Assembly (NCBI RefSeq): GCF_009914755.1
Contig: NC_060928.1
Length of the DNA stretch: 64,000 nucleotides
Direction: 5' to 3' (one strand)
From: the human T2T-CHM13v2.0 reference genome, Homo sapiens
Shown here: one piece after another, positions 48,561-60,080 of the stretch
Position numbering within the stretch: the stretch's first letter is position 1
Layout: every line of letters starts with the position of its first letter
Program-made: the position numbers and the translations under genes
The notes under the pieces: generated by a model
Databases searched by the model: none
What the model saw: the letters and a program-made list of their open reading frames with translations, nothing else
Told to the model about the DNA's origin: nothing

Positions 48561-51500
48561 ACAGTTCTGGTGGTAATGAAATCCCTCAACTTTGGCTGGT
48601 CTCAGAAACTCTTTATTTCTCCTTCATGTTTGAATAATATTTTTACTGGATATACTATTGTGGGGTAAAACTATTTTTTCTTTCTGTACTTTAAATATGT
48701 TATGTCACTCTCTTCTGGTCTGCAAGGTTTCCGCTAAATTGTCTGCTGCCAGACATATTAAAGCTCTATTGTATGTCATTTGTTACTTTCTCTTGATGCT
48801 TTTAGAATCTTTTCTTCGTCCTTGACCCTTGTGAGTATGATTATTAAATGCCTTGGGGCAGTCTTCTTTGAGGTAAATCTGCTTGGTGTTCTATAAGATT
48901 CTTGTACTTGAATATTGATATCTTTCTCTAGGTTTGAGTTCTTCGTTATTTATTTGAATATGCTATCTACAACTATCTTTTACTCTATCTCCTTTTCAAG
49001 GCCAATAACTCTGAGAACTTTTCTTTAGAGGCTATTTTCTAGATCCTATAGGCATGCTTCATTGGTTTTTATTCTTTGTTTCTTTTGTCACCTCTGACAG
49101 TGTATTTTCAAATAATCTGTTTTGAAGCTCACAAATTGCTCTTTCTGCTTGATCAATTCTGCTATTAAAGAACTCTGATGCATTGTTCAGTATGCCAATT
49201 GCATTTTTCAGCTCCAGAATTTCTGCTTGATTCTTATTATTTCAGTATCTTTCTCACATTTATATAATTCTGAATTCCTTCTCTGTGTTATCTTGAATTT
49301 CTTTGAATTTCCTCAACACAGCTATTTTCAGTTCTCTGTCTGAAAGTTCACATATCTGTTTCTCCAGGTTTGGTCCTTGGTAACTTATTTAGTTCATTTG
49401 GTGAGGTCATGTTTTTCTGGATGGTGTCTATGCTATCTGATGCTCTTTGGTGTCTGGGCGTTGAGGAGTTGGGTATTTACTGTTGTCTTCACTGTTTGGG
49501 CTTTTTTGCACCCATTCTTCTTAGGAAGGCTTTCCAGATACTTGAATGGACTTGGGTGTTGTGATCTATGCTGTATCGGCTTTAGGGGACACCCCCAGCC
49601 CAGTAACACTGTGGTTCTTGCAGACTCATAGAGGTACTCCCTTGAAGGTCTTGGACAAGATCTGGGAGAATTTTCTGGATAACCAAGCAGAGACTCCTGT
49701 TCTCTTCCCTTACTTTCTCCCAAACAGAGTATCTCTCTCTGTTTTGAGCCACTTAAAGCTGGGAGTGGAGCAACACAAGCACCCCTATGGTCACCACCAC
49801 TATGAGTGTGTGGGATCAGATCTGAAGCCAGCAAAACACTGGGTCTCACCCAAGGCCTGCTGTTACCATTCCCTGGCTATTGCCTATGTTTTCTCAAGGC
49901 CTTGGGGCTCTACAACCAGCAGGTGGCAAAGCCACCCAGATCCGAATCCTTCCCTTAAGAATGGTAAAATCCTCCAGGCTCTCGTTGGGTCCAGGAGTGC
50001 CATCCAGGAATCAGAGACTAAAGTCAAAAACTTAGAAATCTACCTGGTGTTCTATTGTACTGAGGCTGAGCTGCCACTCCTTCCCACCCTTCCCTCCCCT
50101 TTCCAAAGGCTGAGGAGCTTCGCCCTGTAGCCACCATCACATCAGGCCATGAGGAGTACTGCCAACTGCTGCCAATGTTCCCTTAAGGCCCAAAGCCTCT
50201 TAGGTCAGATTGTGGTGAATGCTGCCTGGCCTAAGACTCACCATTTATGGCACTGGGCTCCCCTCTGGCCCTTGGCAGGTCCAGAAATGCCATCCAAGAG
50301 TAAAGTCTTAGAATTGGGACTTTACTTGGTGCTCTACTGCTTGGTGCTCTACCCTCCTGTGGCTGTTCTGTCCTCTGAAGCCAGAAAATCTCAGAGGCTC
50401 ACCCAAGGCCCTCGACATAGTACATGGGTATCCCTGATGGTTATTTAGTGCCCAAGGGCTCTTTAATTACCAAGTGATGAATTCCGCCAGGACTGGGTCT
50501 TTTCCTTCAAGCCAGTGGGTTCCCTTCTGGACCCAGGTGTGTCTAGAAATGTCTTCTTGGAGCTAGAGACTGAAACAGGGGTCTCATGACTTGGACCAGT
50601 GCCGTATCCAACTGTGGCTTGGCTGGTACCCAAGATGCAAGACAAAGTTCTCTCCACTCTTCCTTCTCCTTTCCTCTAGCAGAAACAAGGGGCATCTTTT
50701 TTTGACTTACAAGCTGTATAGCCTGGAGTTAGGAGATAGGTGATGCCAGCATGCCCCTGGCTGCCTCAGCTGGTGTCACAGTATGTCACGTGCTGCTCCT
50801 ATCCACTGTCTCTGAGCCCAGCTGAGCCCTAGGACCCGCCCAAGAGTTGTAGTCTTCATGGCCTGGACTGCCTTTTGTTTACCTGGAGACACAGAGCACT
50901 CTAGCTTTCAGTGGCAAGGTTTAGACAAACTCAAGATCAGACCACTGAGATTGGTGATTCCCCTCTGGCTAGGACTGGTTTAAATGCTCCTTCCCTGCGC
51001 AAACATCAGCTGAGTTTGGTCTTGTTTTCCTTTCTGCTCTAAAGGGAAAACCCTGAGTTCAATGCCTCACAATTGCTGTGTTCTCCCTCCTCAGTGCTCT
51101 GAGATGCATTGTGGGGATTGGGGAGGGGGGAGCGGTGTAGGCCATTCAAGACTGTGTTTTCTATCTCTTCAGTGCCTCTTTCAGCAATACAAATATAAAA
51201 CCAGGTACTATGAGAGCTTACCTAATTTTGGTTCTTAAATGATGGTGTTTTTCTTTGTAGGTAATTGTTAAATTGGTGTCCTTGTGTGGCAGGGAGCAGG
51301 GGCAATCAGTGGAGCTTTCTATTCCACCATCTTGCTCTGCCTCCTCTCTGACAGCTTTTAATGAAACTGTCTGTGAAATAAATCACAAATATTTTGGGAT
51401 GTACTTTAAAAATACCTGAGAATGAAGAGGAAGAGATGGGTAGGGTGCATAAACACTACATTTGGTATCTTAAGACACAGGTTATATTTCAAAGTTTTTC

Positions 51501-51699
51501 CAGAAAAAAAAAAAATGTGCTGGATGAGGTCCAAAGAGCTTGAGACAATGCAATGTCAATATTTTATTTCTAGAATGAAAGGTTTCCACCTAGCATCTTG
51601 AGGATCTGTTCTAGGTCTTACATTCTGCCATTACTGGCTTTTTAGCATCCTCATTGTTGTTGTTAATTTATTTCATTCTCTTTTAACCTTTTATGCATA

Positions 51700-51880
51700 T
51701 CTGCATATTAGCTTCTGCAATCCTTGTAATAACCCCACAAGGTAAGTGTTACTCCCCCTATTATTGCAGATGTGGATACAAAACAGGAGGGTTATGTTAC
51801 CTGGCAAGGTCACACTAGAGGAGCAGAGAGAAAAGAATTTTAGCTAGTTCCAAGTGATCCTTACTCATAGAATTATCCCA
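51700..51880 (-). mobile_element. MIR fragment
   Basis: aataaccccacaaggtaagtgttactccccc.att.ttgcagatgtgga...caaggtcacactag. Confidence 0.7.
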
Positions 51881-53104
51881 CTGTACTAGACTACCTTTTA
51901 AAAACAGTGTTTTTCCACAGATTTCTCTCACTTCTGTGCATACCTATTTGGCACTCTTCACCTTGACACTTTTGTTAACTGTTTTGAAACAATGAAACGT
52001 GCATATAAAATTTGGTAGAATGAAAATTACTTCTTTGAGTGGCTTTCTGCAAAGATCTTGGCCTGTCTGAATAATTACTGTTGAAATTAATGTCATCCTG
52101 CTAACCCCTAAAAGCACCTGACATTCTATCTTTGTGACTAATTATTTTACAGAAGGTGCTTTAATTGCAGGATGTAGGAGGTACTTTCTATAAATGCTTA
52201 ACATTACAAGCGGACATGATCTGCAATTTTCAGATCATTAAACTTGCTACCAGGAATAAACATGCTTTGGGGACCAATGACGTTTGTCAAAAGAAGCTCA
52301 TGTGTTCTGTGGAGGGCAGGAGGCCAGGCCCAGGAAAAGCAGCCTGATCATTGTCCTATGCTGAGTGCTTTTAATTATTTATTAGAAGGAAGATATGGGC
52401 AATGCAGGCCTTCTCCAGAGACATGGCTATTCAAAGAAAAGGATATATAAAATCACTGAGTGAACTGAAATCGATGTCTAAAATAAATTCCCCAGGACAA
52501 TTGCAGGTATTTTGCAACTACCACAAAATAAAAGCTGAGGAAGCTGGTTGAAGTTGGCCTGAGTCAGAATTGCAGTATGGTTATTTATTACTTATTTACT
52601 GCCTGTCTTGCCTACACTAACATAAGCTCTGTGAGAAGAAAGACCTTCCTCTCTACTTTGCTCCCAGCCATAACCTGTCATCTAGGGTGAAGTCTGGCAC
52701 AAAATATGTTATTAAACTAATGAATAAAGTTCACTGGGTGGGAATAACCAAGATCTTGGTTTTAGACCTTGATCCAAAACTCCCTTGGGTAGGGATTATG
52801 GTAAGATTTTACGACCCCTAAGGACTATGCAATGACAACACTGACATTTTCAAAATGTGATTTGTGGACTGCAGTGTCCAGACAACAGGGGTAATAATTA
52901 AAATGCACCCTGTGTCATTCTACACTAGATTGACATGTTCAGGATATTTGGGGATAGGTTCTTAGAATCTCACCTGTAGATTCTTAAGCAGACCACCACT
53001 TCCAAGCCAACCACTGAACTCAAAGGCTGGATTTGTTTGCTCATTAATCTATTTTCTCAGTCAACATATTTTCAATCGCTTATTTAATCCATATTTACTG
53101 TTAC

Positions 53105-53535
53105 TGTCTTAGTCCATTTGTTCGTTAGTGTCATTATAAAATAATACCTGAGGCTGGGTGACTTACAAGGAAATCAGGTTTATTTGGCTCATAATTCTGA
53201 AGGCTGTACTGGAAGAATGGCACCAGCATCTGCTTCTGGTGAGGGCCTCAGGCTGCTTCCATTCATAGCAGAAGGCAAAGGGAGCTGGTGTATGCAGGAT
53301 CATATGGCAAGAGAACAAGCCAGAGAGAGATGGGGGAGGTACCAGGCTTTTTTTCCAGTTCTACAGGGAACTAAAAGGAGTGAGAACTCACTCAGTTCCC
53401 CACAAAGGAGGGCATTTATCTATTCATTAGGGATCTACCACCATGACCAAAATATTCCCCATTAGGTCCCACCTGCAACACTGGGTATCACATTTCAACA
53501 TGAGATTTTAAGACACAAACACCCAAAGTATAGCA
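53105..53535 (-). mobile_element. MSTB/MSTB1 solo LTR, near-TSD gttac/attac, interrupting an L2 tail
   Basis: tgtcttagtccattt...atacctgaggctgggt...ggcaccagcatctgcttctggtgagggcctcaggctgcttcca...atttcaacatgagattt...tatagca. Confidence 0.88.
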
Positions 53536-53676
53536 ATTACTATGTGTCAGGGACTCCTCTGAATGCCAGTATATTCAGTCTATACCAAAAGAAGTTTCTG
53601 CTTCCATGGAATTTACAATTTTATGAGCAGATATACAACGCACAACACACACAGAAGCTGAATAAGTAAATATCCC

Positions 53677-54221
53677 AGAGATGGTTACTACTGAGTGTCA
53701 ACTTGATTGGATTGAAAGATGCAAAGTATTGCTCCTGGGTACGTCTGTGAGGGAGTTTCCAAAGGAGATTAACATTTGAGTCAGTGGACTCGGAAAGGCA
53801 GATCCACCCTCAAGCTGGGTGAGCACAACCTAATCAGCTTCCAGTACGGCTAGGATAAAATCAGGCAGAGGAACACGGAAGGACTAGACTGGCTGAGTGT
53901 TCCAGCCTCCATCTTTCTCCCATACTGGATGCTTCCTGCCCTCAAACATCAGACTTCAAGTTCTTCAGCTTTTGGACTCTTGGGTTTACCCCATTGATTT
54001 GCCAGGGGCTCTCAGGCCTTTGGCCACAGACTGAAGGCTGCAGTGTCACCTTCCCTACTTTTGAGATGTTGGGACTTGGACTGGCTTCCTTGTTCCTCAC
54101 ATTGCACATGGTTTATTGTGGGACTCCACCTTGTGATGGTGTGAGTCATTACTCCCTAATTCCCTTTCATATATACAGCTATCTTTTAGTTCTGTCCCTC
54201 CAGAAAACCCTGACTAATACA
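53677..54221 (+). mobile_element. MLT2A2-like (HERV-L) solo LTR
   Basis: gatggtta.tactgagtgtcaacttgattggattgaa.gatgcaaagtattg...ggagattaacatttgagtcagtggact...accctgactaataca. Confidence 0.9.
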
Positions 54222-54479
54222 CCTATATAGTGAGAAATCTCTGTCCATGTCTTCTTTCTTTATTCTTGCCAAGCTCTCATTCTAACTCCACCTCAATGTC
54301 CACTGGTTTATTTCTTATATAAATTCATTAAGTTTCCTTATACTTATATAAGCAAATCCAAATATAGGTTCTTTTATTTTCATCCTACAGAAAAATGACA
54401 GAAAGTATTTTTTTTATTTATATAATTCTGCTCCTTGCTTTTTCTTGCCCTTTTCACTTGCCAGTGTATGTTGTAAATA

Positions 54480-54948
54480 CAGCTGACCCTTGAACAATAG
54501 GTGATTGGGAGTGCCAAGCCCTTGTGCAGCTACAAATCTAAATATAACTTTTAACTTGTCAATTATTTAACTACTAATTGCCTACTGTTGACCAAAAGCC
54601 TTGCTGATAATAAACAGTTGGTTAACATATACTTTGTATGCTATATATACTACATACTGTATTTGTTCAATTATGTAAGCTAAAGAAAATATTAAGAAAA
54701 TCAAAGGTACATTTAGAGACAGCAGTAAAGAAAAAGAAAGTCATAAGGAAGAAAAAATATATTTACTATTTATTAAGTGAAAGTGAGTAACCATAAAGGC
54801 CTTCATCCTTGTTGCCTTCATGTTGAGTAGGCTAAAGATGAGAAGAAAAAGGTGTTGGTCTTGTTGTCTCGGGGTGGCATAGGTGAATAAAAATTTGTGT
54901 CTAAGTGGACTCATACAGTTCAAACCTGTGTTGCTCAAGGGTCAACTG
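54480..54948. mobile_element. Tigger2a-like (TcMar-Tigger) non-autonomous DNA transposon with terminal inverted repeats and TA TSD
   Basis: ta|cagctgacccttgaacaa ... ttgctcaagggtcaactg|ta. Confidence 0.9.
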
Positions 54949-55186
54949 TATTTCCACTATCAGCCCATAAAGAGCTTCCTTGTTCTTTTTCATAGCCTCA
55001 TGCCATGACATTATTCCATCAATTGTTCACCCAGTCCTCTATTAACAGATCCTCAACCTGCTCACAGCTTTTTTTTCTATTGCCAACAGGGCTACAGTGG
55101 ATAAACTTGTTCATGCATCATTTCACAAAAGTTCATATGGACAATAAATACCCAAAGTGAATTTCTAGAGTGGCACTGTGTTGTGA

Positions 55187-55556
<370 letters not shown>

Positions 55557-56945
55557 TGAGAAAGTTATTTACAAAGGGAAGGAACTAGCAAGAAGTGAAG
55601 ATTCTCTCAGATAAAGAATTTAAAGGGCTAAAAAGAAATCAGCTTCCTGCAAAGGAGGAAATGGTAGGGAGACCAAAGTGATGACCCCAATAAGAAGTAG
55701 TAGTCCTTCTACCTTCACAGCAAAAGATCAGCAGAGTTCTCATCCAGTTCTTTTTCCTGCTTCTGTGGGTGTTGATGTTAGGTCACCTCTTAGTAATGAG
55801 GGGGTTGTTGCTAGGATGAGAAAGAAGCTTGAGCAAAGTGAAAAATGTTAAACTAGATACTGCGGACAAATTGAATTAGAAGATGAGGGAAACGCAAAAA
55901 TATTCTTGGCAATGCTGTGGGACCAACTGGAATCGGAAAGTGTGTTGATGCCTACGCAGAGAACATCATCACAAATTCAAGTCCTGAAAATGTAAAATAA
56001 CAATGGTCAACAGGTTTAAAGTAAGCTTTAGAAAAAAAAGAACACTAGCTCAATCCTCTTTTTTTGTTGTTCTCATTAACTGGAGAAAGCTTGAAACTAT
56101 GAAAAGAACAGACACTTCCTGCTCCATCCTGGCCCTATCACTTCCAATACAAGTGATATTGGAGAAATCCATTAATTTCCAGAGTTCCAGGATTTTATCA
56201 GCTGATTGAGTGTTCTATGTACAAAATTCTAAAATATGTAAAAGACTAAATGAGCTTTGGGCCAAAGGCATACTTCTCTTGGGAAACTAATACAATTTTT
56301 ATATATTTTATATATAAATATAAGTATATTTAAGTGCTTTTGGAAATGTAATATACTCTACATGCATTACCGTCACTAGCTCAGAATGGTTAATTCTTAT
56401 CTGAAGTTATAAAATACATACAAGGATTTTCTTATAAATAGTTGGTTCTCCTGAAGGTAAAAATTTTTCTGATTATACCATGAGTCATGATTATCACAGA
56501 GTTTGGAAATAAATATGTGTTTATATTTTATGTATGCCTAGGTAGTTAAATAGATAGATGTGATTTATGTTATTTTTAAACAGAATTTTAACTTACAGAA
56601 AGAAGAGTACTTGTCTAAGTTATTACTATAGAACGTTTTTTACTTTTAAAGCAAGTACTTGACATCCACTAATCTATTATGTTTTATTATTTTTATTATA
56701 CTCTGTGAAATAGAACATTTATAGATCTGTAATAGATGTAAATGTGTTTTGCATGAAGCAGTATACTTCATTCTAACAACTAATAATGAAGATGACTGTA
56801 TTACTTTAAAAGTCTCATTATGACAATTAAATAATACTATATATGCTTATTCACATACATACATCCAGCACCTGGTCTCAAAATTAGCTGATGTTCAATA
56901 TACCTCACCTCCAACATAAATTGATTCCATCAAATTAGGGAAACA

Positions 56946-57259
56946 AGCCAGGCATGGTAGCTCACGCCTATAATCCCAGCACTTTGAAAGGCCAAGACAA
57001 GAGGATCACTTGAGCCCAGTGGTTCAAGACCAGCCTGGCAATATAGTGGAATTCCATTTCTACAAAAATATTTTTAAAATTTGCCTGTATATTTTAAAAA
57101 TTTGTGTGCATCTGTAGTCTCAGCTACTCAGGAGACTGAGGTGGGAGGATGGCCTGAGACTGGGTTATCAGGGCTGCAGTGAGCTGTAATCATACCACTG
57201 CACTCCAGCCTGGGTAACAGAGTGAAACCCTGTCTAAAAATTAAAAAAAAAAAAAAAAG
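56946..57259 (+). mobile_element. AluJ, near-TSD aattagggaaaca/aattagtgaaaca
   Basis: gaggatcacttgagcccag, gaggtgggaggat, gctgcagtgagctgtaatc; 13-bp flanking repeat at 56933-56945 and 57260-57272. Confidence 0.9.
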
Positions 57260-58640
57260 AATTAGTGAAACAGTGGAAGAATGAGCAGAGGACATCTGAC
57301 TTATATCTGGAGTGGAGTAGGAGAGGTAAGTCCACTGAGAAGCATTTATTGCAGAGATGACTTTTTATCTCTGGCCAGCTATACTGATTAGAATGATATG
57401 ATTGATGAGTAGTTTCAGTCTGTTTTCTAGTTTCCATTAGAATGGGATTAGATAAAATAAATGGAAGTAATATGAAAGAGAAATGCCCTACCAAAGGGTC
57501 GCATGAAAGGAGTAGAAAGAAGAGGAAATAAAGAGAGGGAAGTCTGCTCCAACAGGTTTTCCATTTAAGAACAGCAAAATGTGTATGTGTGTGTGTGCAT
57601 GTGTGTATTTCAAGGCAATTTAATTACTTCTCAAAACCTTACATTAGGCTGTGTAAGAATTTATTGTAGAGGGAATGGTGAATGCAATTTTTTCTCACAA
57701 GGTCTGGGTTGGGATTCTGGCAATTAAAGTGAGTTACCTCAAAGGCATGGTCAGCTCCTGAGGTGGAATGTAGTTGATACAAGTCATATACCAGTTTCTG
57801 GTGCACACTGAGAAGGCAATTTCAGAAGGTTTGAGTTTTTAAGGAACACAAAAGAGGCAATCACACAAATTCCAAGGAAGATTGAGCGCCACTTTGATGT
57901 TTGTGAAGAGCACGCGTCCTCTTACTGTGCTAAATGCAACCAGCAAAGCTCTGAATAAGCAAAAAGTTATCTATTGCCCATAAGGCGGAAGGCTGAAGGC
58001 TTCCCATAGCCACTACAGTAAAAAATGTATCAGAAATACCTCTACTTTTTTTAAAAAATAATAATTTCAAAGATAATATAATAGACCCCTCAAATGAATT
58101 ATAATGGAATTCATTACAAAACCTTAAAAAAAAAAAAAAAAAGCAACTCCATGGTTTAAAAGCCTGACAAAAAAAAATCACCGAAGGTTTTCCAAGACAG
58201 AGGTCATTTTGGCATTGATATATCTATTGTGGGGAATGTACATATTTCTTGAGTGTAAAAGTATAACTGTGCACCAACCACATACCAGGTTTTGGTAAGA
58301 ACTGAGCATACAAAAATGAAGATATAACCCAGGCCCCAGAGGGAAAAAAATCATATTATGAGAGACTTACACAGATATAAAAAATGAATAGTAAAACACT
58401 CTAGGGTAGTGTAATGGAAATTTGTGCAAGGTCAAGACTCCGAGATGAAGGCAAAGGCATTGGCCAGCAAAAGAATTTCTTGAAAAATCCAATTTTAGAA
58501 AGATATACAGATATTTGCTGGAGATAATTGCTGGGCATAAAAATAAAATAATAGAAGTCATGTTTGCCAAAATGAATATTTATGTAACGTTTTACTGTAG
58601 TATATGATATAACATACCTGTAATATAACGTAATACAAAT

Positions 58641-58658
58641 TATATATATATATATACA

Positions 58659-58690
<32 letters not shown>

Positions 58691-58698
58691 ACACATAT
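58641..58698. repeat. (TA)n(CA)n microsatellite
   Basis: Directly visible. Confidence 0.9.
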
Positions 58699-59594
58699 TT
58701 TTTTTCCAGCATTTGCTGTGATACATCCACTGAGCTAAATGCTTTGTTTTCCAGACGCAATCAGTAGCAGAAAGAAACCAGCATGTTAGATAGCTCAGCG
58801 TTTCAGGAACTGTCAGTAGTTCACACTGATGGGTATAATGGATATGTGCACATTTTGCACGGTGCAGGTATAGTGATAGACAAGCCTGCAGAAGGAGGCA
58901 GCAGACAGTCTCTGAAGTATATTCTATTACTTGCTAAGGCATTTGGTATTTTCAAGTAAGAGTCTTATCATTGTCCAGAAATATCAACTGCCTAAGCATC
59001 TCATGGACAGCTACCAGAAGGGTCAAGGACTTGCTCTCTTTTCCCAAGGTCACATGTTAGGCACATCCATTTTTGTGTGTTGTAGCAGAGGAGGAGTGGA
59101 GTTAGGATATGATGTACATCATGGAGTGTATATTTTTATAAACACTTCTGTGTGCATTTGTATAAACACACTTCTTCCACCAAAGTGTGTTAAATTATAA
59201 ATATACTGGTGGATAATAAAATAATCTCAATGTGGAAGTTATAAAACCCAACCTCTCTATGCCATTTACAGCATCTTCAACATTTAATGACTCCCATTGC
59301 CTTGTTAGTGCATTTCCAGCCTTCCAGCCTGAAATTTAAACATTTCAATAGCCTGTCCTCATCTCAATCTTTCAAGTGAATTTTCTCCTGCTAAATTGCT
59401 TCTGATGATCCAAGATGTTTTCCTTCTTCAGAATCTTTGCTCAATTGAATTACCAGAATTCTACCAGTGGTTTTGGGAATTTCCAGCTGTGCAGTTTTGC
59501 ATAAATGTTAAAGCCACTTTGCAATTCACCTTCCTCTGCTGCAATACAGGGAGAATAACCCCTGTTCCACCCACCTCACAGAAGTGCCTTTCTA

Positions 59595-59790
59595 TCATTC
59601 ACCCTAATAATATTTACTGTCCAATTATTATGGGTCAGGCACTGATCTAGGCACTGAAGATACAGTAGTGAAAAAAGGAGATGAAGGGTTCCACCTTGGT
59701 GGGACCTATAATTTAGTGGGTTGGGACAGAAAATAAAAATTACAAATGAATTAATTTTTATGCTACTAGAAGGGAACAAATGCTGTGAAT
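59595..59790 (-). mobile_element. L2 3' end
   Basis: atatttactg...tatgggtcaggcactgatctaggcactgaagatacagtagtgaa. Confidence 0.75.
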
Positions 59791-59904
59791 TATGGTAAAT
59801 TATGGAAAGAGAGAAAGGAATGACAAGAAATTATCATAAGTATCAAATTGATGCCATAATAAAAATATAATACGAGTGATACATAAATGTTATAACAAAA
59901 ACTG

Positions 59905-60080
59905 CTACACTGGTATTCAGAGAGTGATCAAATGTGTCAGACACTACACTAAATGCCTTAGGCGTATTATTTTATTTAATTCTCCTAAGAAACTTAGGCA
60001 TTATTGCTATTATCTCCGTTTTACGAATAAGAAAATAAAGATATAGAAAGGCATAGCATTGTAATAGTTGTCAAACATAT
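59905..60080 (-). mobile_element. MIR fragment
   Basis: tgtgtcagacactacactaaatgc...atttaattctc...tattatctccgttttacgaataagaaaata. Confidence 0.7.

Larger units (their letters stand above)
37967..51346 (-). mobile_element. Full-length L1MA1/L1MA2-like LINE-1, split by THE1 (42950-48560)
   Basis: 3'UTR atttatggggtacatgagatgttttgatacaggcat..aatgtgaaataagcacatc; ORF2 remnants at 38343..38933, 39596..39829, 40233..40484 and 41762..41962; ORF1 and 5'UTR resume at 48561; 5' end ttccaccatcttgctctgcctcc. Confidence 0.9.

Noticed and set aside
49433-50448. 194-aa, 138-aa and 99-aa ORFs
   Set aside because: They lie within the more GC-rich L1 5'UTR, have no recognisable domain, and are chance open frames.
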